64,000 bases of DNA from Nannocystis sp. Lineage in GTDB: Bacteria; Myxococcota_A; Polyangia; Nannocystales; Nannocystaceae. Of the stretch, positions 18,016-25,883 are shown in pieces. Both the position numbers and the translations under genes were made by a program. Within the stretch, counting starts at the first letter, position 1. Each line of letters starts with the position of its first letter. A model generated the notes under the pieces. The model ran no database searches. It was not told the origin of the DNA and worked only from the letters and a program-made list of their open reading frames with translations. The DNA lies in the NCBI RefSeq assembly GCF_016717175.1, contig NZ_JADKFZ010000004.1. The stretch is one strand, 5' to 3'.

Positions 18016-20184
18016 TCACATCGAGGGGTCGCCGCGGCGCTGGCGGAAGGCGTCGGAGGTGACGAGGCTGACGACGAGGTCGGCGAAGCGGTACTCGCCG
18101 GTCTCGAAGCCCGCGACGACCTCGTCGAGGTAGGGGATGTCGGCCAGCGCGGTCGCCCGGCCGAGCGCGTAGATGAAGGTCTTGCGGGCGACGCAGCGGG
18201 TGAAGTCGGGCTCGCTGCTGATCAGCGTCTGCATCTCGAGGCCGTCGACGAAGGGCTTGCCGTCCGGGAGGGTGCCGCTCGGGTCGATCGTCAGCCCCTT
18301 CTCGTCGGCTCGCCAGGCGCCGAGCGGGTCGTAGTGCTCGAGGCCGAAGCCCAGCGGGTCCATGGTGGCGTGGCAGCCGGCGCACTCGGGCTTGGCGCGG
18401 TGGGCCTCGAGGATCTCGCGCTGGGTCTTGCCCTCCACCGGGTCGAGCTTGGTGTCGACGCCGGGCGGCGGCGGCGGCGGGACCTGACACAGCAGGTTCT
18501 CCAGCACCCACTTGCCGCGCTTGACCGGCGAGGTGTGATCGGCGTGCGAGAGCACGGTCATCAGGCCGGCCTTGTTGAGGATGCCCTGGAACGGCAGCTC
18601 ACCGAGATCGGCCTCGACGAAGTCGGGCCCGAACGCGCCCTGCAGGCCGTAGTGGGCCGCCAGGCGCTGGTCGACGAAGGTCTTCTTGCTGGTCAGGAGC
18701 TCGAGCATGCTGCGCTCACCGGCGAAGAAGCTGGCCGCGAACAGCCGCATCTCGGTGCGCATCGAGGCCTTCATGCCGTCGTCCCACTGCGGGTAGAGCA
18801 GGACGTCCTTGAAGGCGAGGTTGACGTTGCGGATCAGCCACCACTGGCCGGCGAAGTTGTCGATGAGGGCGACGGCCCGCGGGTCCTCGAGCATGCGCCG
18901 GGCCTGCAGCTCGACCTGCTTCGGGTCCTGCAAGTTGCCCTGGTCGGCGGCCAGCAGCAGCTCGTCGTCGGGCATGCTGCTCCACAGGAAGTAGGACAGG
19001 CGCGAGGCGAGCTCGTGGTCGGCGAGCGGGTGCGGCGTGAGGTCGGTCGGGGTCGGGTCGAGCTCGACGCGGAACACGAAGTGCGGCGAGACGAGCACCG
19101 CCTGGAGGGCGACGCGCAGGCCGGCCTCGAAGTCCTGACCGGCGGCCTTGGCCTCGCTGATGAACTGGTAGAGGCGCTCGACCTCGGCGTCGCTGATCGG
19201 GCGGCGCCAGGCCCGACGGGCGAAGGCGCGGAGGATCTCGCGGCCGCAGCTGTCCTCGCCGTCGACCACGGGGTCGCAGATCATGATGCGCTTGCGCTGC
19301 TCGTTCTCCCCCATCACCAGGTCCTGCGGGCCCTCGACGCTGAACCAGTCGACCAGCAGGTTGCGGTCGGCCATCAGCAGCTCGTCGTAGTAGTCGTTGG
19401 TGAACTCGACCGCGAACTTGTGCAGGCCGGCGGTGGCCTCGATCTCGACCTCGTAGATCGCGGCGGCGTTCTCGACCGCGTCGGTGTCGACCATGAAGAC
19501 CGGCACCTGGTCGACGGTGAGGTTGACGTGGGGGAGGTCGGGTCCGGCCTGCTGACCCCAGACGCGGGCGCGAAACAGGTACTTGCCGGCGTAGGGCAGC
19601 TCGATGGTCTGGTACACCTCGCCGTTGGAGTAGAGGTTCCAGGCGTCGCCCGACTGCTGACCGACCGAGGCGAGGGCGGTCTCCGCCTCGATCTGGAACT
19701 TGGTCGGGTCGGTGATCGGGATCGCCATCGCCTCGGCGATGAGGCCGTCGGCGGCGCGCTCATACAGCTCGGCCTGCAGCGGCGAGGTGCTGAGCACGTC
19801 GGCGATGTTGTCGAAGCCGAGGCCGAAGTCGTCGGCAGGGAACGCGTCGGCCGGGGTCTGGCTGGTGCCGAGCAGGTCGCGGACGGTGTTGTTGTACTCG
19901 TTGCGGTTGAGGCGGTGGATCGTGACGCGGCCGGGGTCGTCGGCCTCGCCGCCGCTCTCGGCGGTGTCGGTGGCCGTGGTGTCGTCGCCGACCGAGGTGG
20001 TCGGCGGCGTGTCTGTCGCGGAGCCGGGCTCGGTGGCGGCGCCGGTCGCCTCGCTCGCGCTGCCCTGACTCGAGTCGCCGCAGCCGCTCACGGCGACGAA
20101 CAGCGCGAGGCCCCACGTCGCGCCGCCGAGCGCGGCGAGGTCCGATCGACAGAGGATGTTGCGGTGGTGCAGGGAAGCCATCAC
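18016..20184 (-). CDS. DUF1587/DUF1592/DUF1595/DUF1588/DUF1585 multi-domain lipoprotein with a CxxCH motif
   Basis: Lipoprotein signal (LFVAVSGC|GDS). Other motifs: VTIHRLNRNEYNNTVRDLLG; DELASRLSYFLWSSMPDDELL; and CAGCHATMDPLGFGLEHYDPLGAWR, which contains CxxCH. It lies immediately upstream of the DUF1552 gene (32-bp gap), the canonical pairing. Confidence 0.85.
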   Translation of the reverse strand: MMASLHHRNILCRSDLAALGGATWGLALFVAVSGCGDSSQGSASEATGAATEPGSATDTPPTTSVGDDTTATDTAESGGEADDPGRVTIHRLNRNEYNNTVRDLLGTSQTPADAFPADDFGLGFDNIADVLSTSPLQAELYERAADGLIAEAMAIPITDPTKFQIEAETALASVGQQSGDAWNLYSNGEVYQTIELPYAGKYLFRARVWGQQAGPDLPHVNLTVDQVPVFMVDTDAVENAAAIYEVEIEATAGLHKFAVEFTNDYYDELLMADRNLLVDWFSVEGPQDLVMGENEQRKRIMICDPVVDGEDSCGREILRAFARRAWRRPISDAEVERLYQFISEAKAAGQDFEAGLRVALQAVLVSPHFVFRVELDPTPTDLTPHPLADHELASRLSYFLWSSMPDDELLLAADQGNLQDPKQVELQARRMLEDPRAVALIDNFAGQWWLIRNVNLAFKDVLLYPQWDDGMKASMRTEMRLFAASFFAGERSMLELLTSKKTFVDQRLAAHYGLQGAFGPDFVEADLGELPFQGILNKAGLMTVLSHADHTSPVKRGKWVLENLLCQVPPPPPPGVDTKLDPVEGKTQREILEAHRAKPECAGCHATMDPLGFGLEHYDPLGAWRADEKGLTIDPSGTLPDGKPFVDGLEMQTLISSEPDFTRCVARKTFIYALGRATALADIPYLDEVVAGFETGEYRFADLVVSLVTSDAFRQRRGDPSM

Positions 20185-20369
20185 GCACGGTTATCGAGGC
20201 CGCCTCCGGGGCTGTCAACGGTCGCCCCGGGCCCCCAGAGCGTCGTTTCGCGCGGGTTTTGCGGGCCTTGAGGGCGCGGGCGCGGTCGCCTTGTGGCGGT
20301 GTTTTGAGCCATGCCTGCGGCCACGCGGGCCTTGAGCGGTGAGCAGGCGGCGCGTAGTCTGAAGGCCGC

Positions 20370-21455
20370 ATGCGTGGGGTCCTTGGTCTGGTAGCCGGGC
20401 TGGTTGCGATCGCGGGGGCCGCGGGCTGCCTCGTCGTGAAGATCGACACCAGCGACTCGCTGACCGACCTGTCGCTCAGCGACACGCTGACCGACAGCTT
20501 CACCCTGACCTCGAGCCCGACCGACACCCTGCCGACCGGCGATCCGACCGGCGATCCGACCAGCGTGACGGACACGGACACGGACACGGACACCACGCCG
20601 GGGGTCTGCGGCGACGGGCAGGTCGGGGTCGGCGAGGCCTGCGACGACGGTGACGCGGACAACAGCGACGAGTGCCTGGCGAGCTGCGAAGTCGCGAGCT
20701 GCGGCGACGGCTTCGTGCACGCGGGCGTCGAGGCCTGCGACGACGGCAACCAGAACGGCGGCGACGGCTGCGAGCCCGACTGCACCCTCGGCGAGTGCGG
20801 CGACGGCGTGGTCCAGGACGGCGAGCAGTGCGACGACGGCAACGGCGACAACGCCGACGAGTGCCTCACCACCTGCCTGAACGCGAGCTGCGGCGACGGC
20901 TTCGTGCGCGCCGGCGTCGAGGCCTGCGACGACGGCAACGCCAGCGACACCGACGCGTGCGTGCAGGGCTGCGTGGCGGCGAGCTGCGGCGACGGCTTCG
21001 TGCAGGCCGGCACGGAGCAGTGCGACGACGGCAACCAGACGCCGGGCGACGGCTGCGACAACTGCATCAGCGACGCCCTGCCGCCGGAGTGTCAGGGCAT
21101 CGCGGTGCTGCAGGAGGCCTCGCGCAACGTCAGCGCCGGCACGGACGAGGTCGAGTGCGATCTCGAGCTCCCCGTCGAGGGCCAGTGGTCGCGCTTCTCG
21201 GGCCCCGCGGGCACGACCATGCCGACGGTCGCGCCGCCGGAGTTCGCCTGCGGGACGCACGCCCCGGGCTGGCTCAATGGTGCGATCCCCGTGCTGGCCG
21301 ACGGCATCGTCGCGCGAGACGTGTGTTTCCACTGGGAGGGCAACACCTGCAACTGGAAGGTCCCGATCTCGGTGCGCAACTGCGGGCCCTTCGTGATGTT
21401 CAAGCTGATGCCAGTGCCGACCTGCGCCCTGCGCTACTGCGGCAGCGATGGTTGA
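20370..21455 (+). CDS. Lipoprotein carrying five Myxococcus-type cysteine-rich repeats
   Basis: Signal and lipobox IAGAAGC|L. Five repeats of CGDGxVxxGE(A/Q)CDDGNxxxxDxCxxxC are present, e.g. CGDGQVGVGEACDDGDADNSDECLASCEVAS and CGDGVVQDGEQCDDGNGDNADECLTTCLNAS. A Cys-containing C-terminal domain follows. Confidence 0.8.
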   Translation: MRGVLGLVAGLVAIAGAAGCLVVKIDTSDSLTDLSLSDTLTDSFTLTSSPTDTLPTGDPTGDPTSVTDTDTDTDTTPGVCGDGQVGVGEACDDGDADNSDECLASCEVASCGDGFVHAGVEACDDGNQNGGDGCEPDCTLGECGDGVVQDGEQCDDGNGDNADECLTTCLNASCGDGFVRAGVEACDDGNASDTDACVQGCVAASCGDGFVQAGTEQCDDGNQTPGDGCDNCISDALPPECQGIAVLQEASRNVSAGTDEVECDLELPVEGQWSRFSGPAGTTMPTVAPPEFACGTHAPGWLNGAIPVLADGIVARDVCFHWEGNTCNWKVPISVRNCGPFVMFKLMPVPTCALRYCGSDG

Positions 21456-21482
21456 CCGCGCCGGGCGAGTGCGCGGATAACG

Positions 21483-22610
21483 GTGAGGATGTCCGCCGCG
21501 CCGCGTCCCTGGTCCCTCGCGCTGTCCTTCCTCGTGATCGGGGCCTGCGGGCGCGGGGAGCTCGCGGTGACCGAGAGCGGATCGAGCAGCGGCGGCAGCA
21601 CCGACGACGTGACGACGACGGGCGCGCCCACGACCATGCCGCCGACCACCACGGTCACGCCGACCACGTCGCTGACCAGCGGGGACCCGACCAGCGAGAG
21701 CGACACCAGCACCAGCAGCAGCAGCGGCGATACCAGCACTGGCACTACGGGCACGGTCGAGACCGGCGGCAGCAGCAGCGGCGGCGCGAGCAGCAGCGGA
21801 TCGAGCGGAGGCGACACTGGCGGCAACAGCTGCTGCGTCGCCAGCGACGCGCCCGGCTGCGACGACGTGAAGGCCGAGGCATGCGTGTGCGCGGCGGCGC
21901 CGGAGTGCTGCGCCGACGCTTGGAGCCTGGGCTGCGTGGCCAAGGTCGACCTGCTCGGCTGCGGCGACTGCGGCGGGCCGCCGCCGAAGGGCGAGTGCTG
22001 CGAGGTCGGCGTGGTGCCCGGCTGCAGCGATCCCGCGATCGAGGTCTGTGTGTGCGAGCAGATGCCGGAGTGCTGCTCGGACGTCTGGACGGCCGAGTGC
22101 GCGGCGGGGATCGAGGGCCTGATGTGCGGCAGCTGTGGTCCGGGCCCCGAGGCGTGCTGCGAGGTGCAGCAGACCCCGGGCTGCCCGAGCCCGCAGATCG
22201 AGGACTGCGTGTGTGTGGTCGACGCGTTCTGCTGCGAGTCGGCGTGGGACGATATCTGCGTCGGTGAGGTCGACAGCCTCGGCTGCGCGATGTGCCCGGT
22301 GCCGGTCGGGCCCTGCTGTGAGGGCAGCGGCGGGCTCGGCTGCGAGGACCCGGGCATCACCGCCTGCGTGTGCGCGGCGATGCCGAGCTGCTGCGACAGC
22401 GAGTGGACGGCCGAGTGCGCGGCGATGGTCGAGCCGCTCGGCTGCGCGATGTGCCCGAGCAACTGCTGCGTGGCGCACGGGGACCCCGGCTGCGAGGAGC
22501 CAGCCGTGAACGACTGCGTGTGCGCCCAGGACAGCTTCTGCTGCACGGACTTCTGGGACGATATCTGCGTCTCGGAGGTCGAGGGGCTGGGCTGCGGCAG
22601 CTGTGCGTGA
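21483..22610 (+). CDS. Lipoprotein with a Ser/Thr-rich linker and five copies of a ~50-aa, 10-Cys repeat of no family I recognise
   Basis: Signal and lipobox FLVIGAC|G. The five tandem units match CC-x5-PGC-x6-CVC-x4-CC-x3-W-x3-C-x3-V-x2-LGC-x2-C, e.g. CCEVGVVPGCSDPAIEVCVCEQMPECCSDVWTAECAAGIEGLMCGSC. Confidence 0.75.
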   Translation: MRMSAAPRPWSLALSFLVIGACGRGELAVTESGSSSGGSTDDVTTTGAPTTMPPTTTVTPTTSLTSGDPTSESDTSTSSSSGDTSTGTTGTVETGGSSSGGASSSGSSGGDTGGNSCCVASDAPGCDDVKAEACVCAAAPECCADAWSLGCVAKVDLLGCGDCGGPPPKGECCEVGVVPGCSDPAIEVCVCEQMPECCSDVWTAECAAGIEGLMCGSCGPGPEACCEVQQTPGCPSPQIEDCVCVVDAFCCESAWDDICVGEVDSLGCAMCPVPVGPCCEGSGGLGCEDPGITACVCAAMPSCCDSEWTAECAAMVEPLGCAMCPSNCCVAHGDPGCEEPAVNDCVCAQDSFCCTDFWDDICVSEVEGLGCGSCA

Positions 22611-22611
22611 C

Positions 22612-23913
22612 TCACTCGACGGTGGCGAGCAGCTCCTTGAACTTCGGCGCGTGGGTCATCTCTTGCAGCTGCACGGCGGGCCGCGGCATCGCCTCGCCGC
22701 CGCGCAGCTTGCCGAGGTGGTCGCTCCAGCGGGTGTCTGACGGGTAGATGACGACGCTCGGCAGGGTCTTGCTGTGGAAGGCCCGCTGCATGGCGAGCTT
22801 GCCGTCGTCGGCGCTGGTGACGTCGATCTTGATCAGCTCGAAGCGGGCATTGAGGAGCGGCTCGACGCTGGGGTCGTGGAAGGTGAGCTTGTCCATCTCG
22901 AGGCAGGGGGCGCACCAGGTCGCGCCGAAGTCGATCACGACCGGGAGGTGGCGCTCCTCGGCGGAGCGCAGCGCGGCCTCGAGGCCGGCGCTGTCCTCGA
23001 CCGTCCGCCAGGCGCCGCTCGGGACGTAGATCATGTTGTTGATCGCTATCTGGGCGCCGAGCACGGTGAGCGCGACGGCGACGGCCTTGCCGAGCTTCTC
23101 GCCGACGCCGCCGTAGAAGCTGCGGTGGATCGCGCCGCCGAGCAGGCCGGCGAGGGCGAGCGCGACGCCGAGGTAGAGGCCCCAGGTCGGATCGGTCATG
23201 AAGCGGCGCAGCGCCGGCGACAGCGGGGCGACGAACCACAGGGCCATGACCACGAGGGCGATGCCGAAGAAGCTCTTGACGTACTCCATCCAGCGGCCGG
23301 GGCGAAACAGGCTGGCCCCGAGTGCGACCGCGAAGAACAGGCTGCCCATGCCGAGCGCGTAGGTGAACAGGAGCGAGCCGCCGTGGAACACGCCGCCGCC
23401 GTCGGCCGAGGACGCGGCGATGTACGCGAGCAGCGAGAGCAGCACCGGGCCGGTGCAGGGCGCCGAGATGAAGCCGCTGACGAGGCCCATGCCGAAGGCG
23501 CCGAGCGGACCGGCGCCGCCGACCGAGTTGAGCCGCGTCTGCAGGGAGCTCGGCAGCTGGAGGTCGAAGGCGCCGAACATGCTGGCCGCGAGCGCGAGCA
23601 GGAGGCCGACGATCGGCAGCACGACGACGGGCTCGCCGAGCCAGGCGCCGAACTGACCGCCGGTCAACGCGACGACGATGCCGAGGGTCGTGTAGAGCGA
23701 GGCCATGCCGAGCACGTAGGCGCTGGCGAGGAACAGCGCGCGCCCGCGTGACACGCCCTGGGCCCCGAACACGGCGACGGTGATCGGGATCAGCGGGTAC
23801 ACGCAGGGGGTGAGGTCGACCAGGACGCCCTGACCGAAGGCCCAGGCGTAGGTGCCGAGAGTGGCCGCCTGGAGGCCGTCGGGCGCGAGGAGGGAGGCGA
23901 GGAGTGTCGTCAT
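22612..23913 (-). CDS. dsbD: Thiol:disulfide interchange protein DsbD-like (CcdA-type transmembrane core plus a C-terminal thioredoxin domain)
   Basis: The polytopic membrane core carries the conserved Cys pair (LTPCVYP; SAPCTGP). The C-terminal thioredoxin motif reads DFGATWCAPCLEMDK. It converges tail-to-tail on the Cys-rich lipoprotein gene. Confidence 0.85.
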   Translation of the reverse strand: MTTLLASLLAPDGLQAATLGTYAWAFGQGVLVDLTPCVYPLIPITVAVFGAQGVSRGRALFLASAYVLGMASLYTTLGIVVALTGGQFGAWLGEPVVVLPIVGLLLALAASMFGAFDLQLPSSLQTRLNSVGGAGPLGAFGMGLVSGFISAPCTGPVLLSLLAYIAASSADGGGVFHGGSLLFTYALGMGSLFFAVALGASLFRPGRWMEYVKSFFGIALVVMALWFVAPLSPALRRFMTDPTWGLYLGVALALAGLLGGAIHRSFYGGVGEKLGKAVAVALTVLGAQIAINNMIYVPSGAWRTVEDSAGLEAALRSAEERHLPVVIDFGATWCAPCLEMDKLTFHDPSVEPLLNARFELIKIDVTSADDGKLAMQRAFHSKTLPSVVIYPSDTRWSDHLGKLRGGEAMPRPAVQLQEMTHAPKFKELLATVE

Positions 23914-24030
23914 GGCCAGCGCCTAACCATACGCCGTCGGCCCGGAGTCTGACCCGCCGTGTTGCGGGTGGTGATCGGAGTTAGGCCACGCGCGGGCCCG
24001 GGAATACGGAATTTGGCCAGGCGGGGGTCG

Positions 24031-25758
24031 TCACCCGGGGATCGGCGGCTCGCACAGCCCGCCCGACTCGATCTGGGCGTTGGTGCGGAAGGTGTTGAGC
24101 GCCTTCCACGAGGGCGGCTCGAACTGCGGGATGGTGCCGTCCTCGCGGACGTTGGTCACGTGATAGGTGTGTTGATTCCAGATCCGACGCGCCTGGATCC
24201 ACCGGTCACCCTTGTCGCGGATGACCTGCACGGTCGGCGAGCTCATGCCGCCGTACAGGTTGGAGACGACGACGATCTCGGCGGAGCCGTCGTTGTCGAC
24301 GTCGGCGACGATCGGGTACTCGGTGCCGGTGGCGCTGCTGCGCGGGGTCTTCAGCAGCGGCGTGCCGGCGCCGTCGAAGACGAACATGAATTGCTCGTCG
24401 GCGTACATCGCCTCGGCGATGCCGTCGCCGAGGAAGTCGAAGGCCGTACCGGCGGCGATGCCCGACTGATCCGAGACGGTGGCCTTCCAGATGATCGTGG
24501 CATCGGCGCGGTAGCTGGCGTAGTTGTTGCCCGAGCTGACGGCGTAGTCGCTGATGTCGTCGCCGTTGAAGTCCTGGATGGTGGCGGGGCGGTACCAGAC
24601 GAGGCCGTTCGGCGGGTCGCCGGTCGGCCGCTTGTCCTGATACTTGATCGCGCCGGTGTGATCGAGCAGCGAGATGCCGTTGACGTTGGTGAGCAGCACC
24701 TCGGGCTCGGGGTCGCCGTCGAGGTTGGCGACCTGCGGGAAGCCGGGGAGCAGGTTGGTGTTGTAGTAGATGGTGCCGTCGTGGTGCACGGCGGCGTGGC
24801 CGATGACGACCTCGAGGTCGCCGTCGCCGTCGAGGTCGGCGGCCGCGGTGGCCGAGTAGTTGGGCGCGGCGGCGGCGGCGGTCCACAGCAGGGCGCCGTT
24901 GTGATCGAAGAGCTGGTTGCCGCCGAAGATCTCGATGTCGCCGTCGTTGTCGAGGTCGGCGAGGCCGAGCGCGGCGATGTAGGAGTTGGCCCACGGGGCC
25001 TGGCTCTGCCACTTCTGGGTGCCGTCGTGCTCCCACGCGATCAGGCGGCCGTCGGAGCCGGCGCTGACGATCTCGGCGATGCCGTCGCCGTCGATGTCGC
25101 CGAGGGCCGGTGTGACGGTGGAGTCGACCGGCGCGGCGAGCTGGAAGTGGGCGGTGCCGGTGGCGCCGTCGAGCACGTAGATGTGGCCGGGGCCGCCGAT
25201 CCCGGTGGCGGCGACGACGACGATGTCGGGGATGTCGCAGAGGTCGATCGCGCCGTCGGCGTTGTCGTCCGTGAGGTTGGCGACCAGCGGCGTGACCACC
25301 GAATAGATCTCGCCGTTGGCGCCCGGCCAGCTCCATTGCACTTCGGGCTCGAAGCTGTCGGCGGGGGCCTCGTCGTCGCACTCGCCGATCGCGTTCATGT
25401 CGTCCTGCACCTTGCACAGGTCGACGGGCGGGCCGGTGGTGCTGCTGGTGCTGGGGTCGCCGGTGCTGTCGGGCGTACCCGTGGTGCTGGTGCTGCCCGG
25501 ATCGCCGGTGGTGCCGGTGAGGGTGAGTGCGCCGCTGCTCGCGTCGCCGCCGCTGCTGTGTGACTCGCTCACGCCGCTGTCGGTGGTGGCGCCGGTGGTG
25601 ATGCTCGTGGTCGGGAGCGGGTCGCTGGTGCTCACGCTGACGCCCGTCGGCGTGGTCGGGCCAGGGCCGTTGCTGGTGCCGCTGTCATCGCGGCCGCCGT
25701 CGTCGCCGCAGGCGAGGCCGAGGGTGAGCGCGCCGAGGGCGAGACGGAGGGGCTGCAT
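24031..25758 (-). CDS. FG-GAP repeat lipoprotein (paralog of 2558..5170)
   Basis: Lipobox LTLGLAC|G with a T/S-rich linker. Repeats include DDNADGAIDL, DLDNDGDIEIFGG, ADLDGDGDLEVVIG, NLDGDPEPEVLLT, DFNGDDISDYAVS and DVDNDGSAEIVVVS. The C-terminus (WIQARRIWNQHTYHVTNV...PPSW) matches the other paralog (WVSTRPVWNQHTYHITNV...PPSW). Confidence 0.8.
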   Translation of the reverse strand: MQPLRLALGALTLGLACGDDGGRDDSGTSNGPGPTTPTGVSVSTSDPLPTTSITTGATTDSGVSESHSSGGDASSGALTLTGTTGDPGSTSTTGTPDSTGDPSTSSTTGPPVDLCKVQDDMNAIGECDDEAPADSFEPEVQWSWPGANGEIYSVVTPLVANLTDDNADGAIDLCDIPDIVVVAATGIGGPGHIYVLDGATGTAHFQLAAPVDSTVTPALGDIDGDGIAEIVSAGSDGRLIAWEHDGTQKWQSQAPWANSYIAALGLADLDNDGDIEIFGGNQLFDHNGALLWTAAAAAPNYSATAAADLDGDGDLEVVIGHAAVHHDGTIYYNTNLLPGFPQVANLDGDPEPEVLLTNVNGISLLDHTGAIKYQDKRPTGDPPNGLVWYRPATIQDFNGDDISDYAVSSGNNYASYRADATIIWKATVSDQSGIAAGTAFDFLGDGIAEAMYADEQFMFVFDGAGTPLLKTPRSSATGTEYPIVADVDNDGSAEIVVVSNLYGGMSSPTVQVIRDKGDRWIQARRIWNQHTYHVTNVREDGTIPQFEPPSWKALNTFRTNAQIESGGLCEPPIPG

Positions 25759-25760
25759 CG

Positions 25761-25870
25761 GCGCACGGTCCCACGCGGGTCAAGCAGGGGTCAAGCAGCG
25801 GTCAAGCAGCGGGCCCGTAGGGGCCCGTAGGGGGCCAGTAGGGGACCCGTAGGGGGCAAGCAGGGACTCG
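25761..25870. repeat. Two short tandem-repeat arrays in an intergenic leader (~3x ggtcaagcag, ~5x gcccgtagggg-like)
   Basis: gggtcaagcaggggtcaagcagcggtcaagcagcgggcccgtaggggcccgtagggggccagtaggggacccgtagggggcaagcaggg. It lies directly upstream, on the minus strand, of the FG-GAP lipoprotein gene at 24031..25758. Confidence 0.8.
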
Positions 25871-25883
25871 CACGCGCCCGCGC

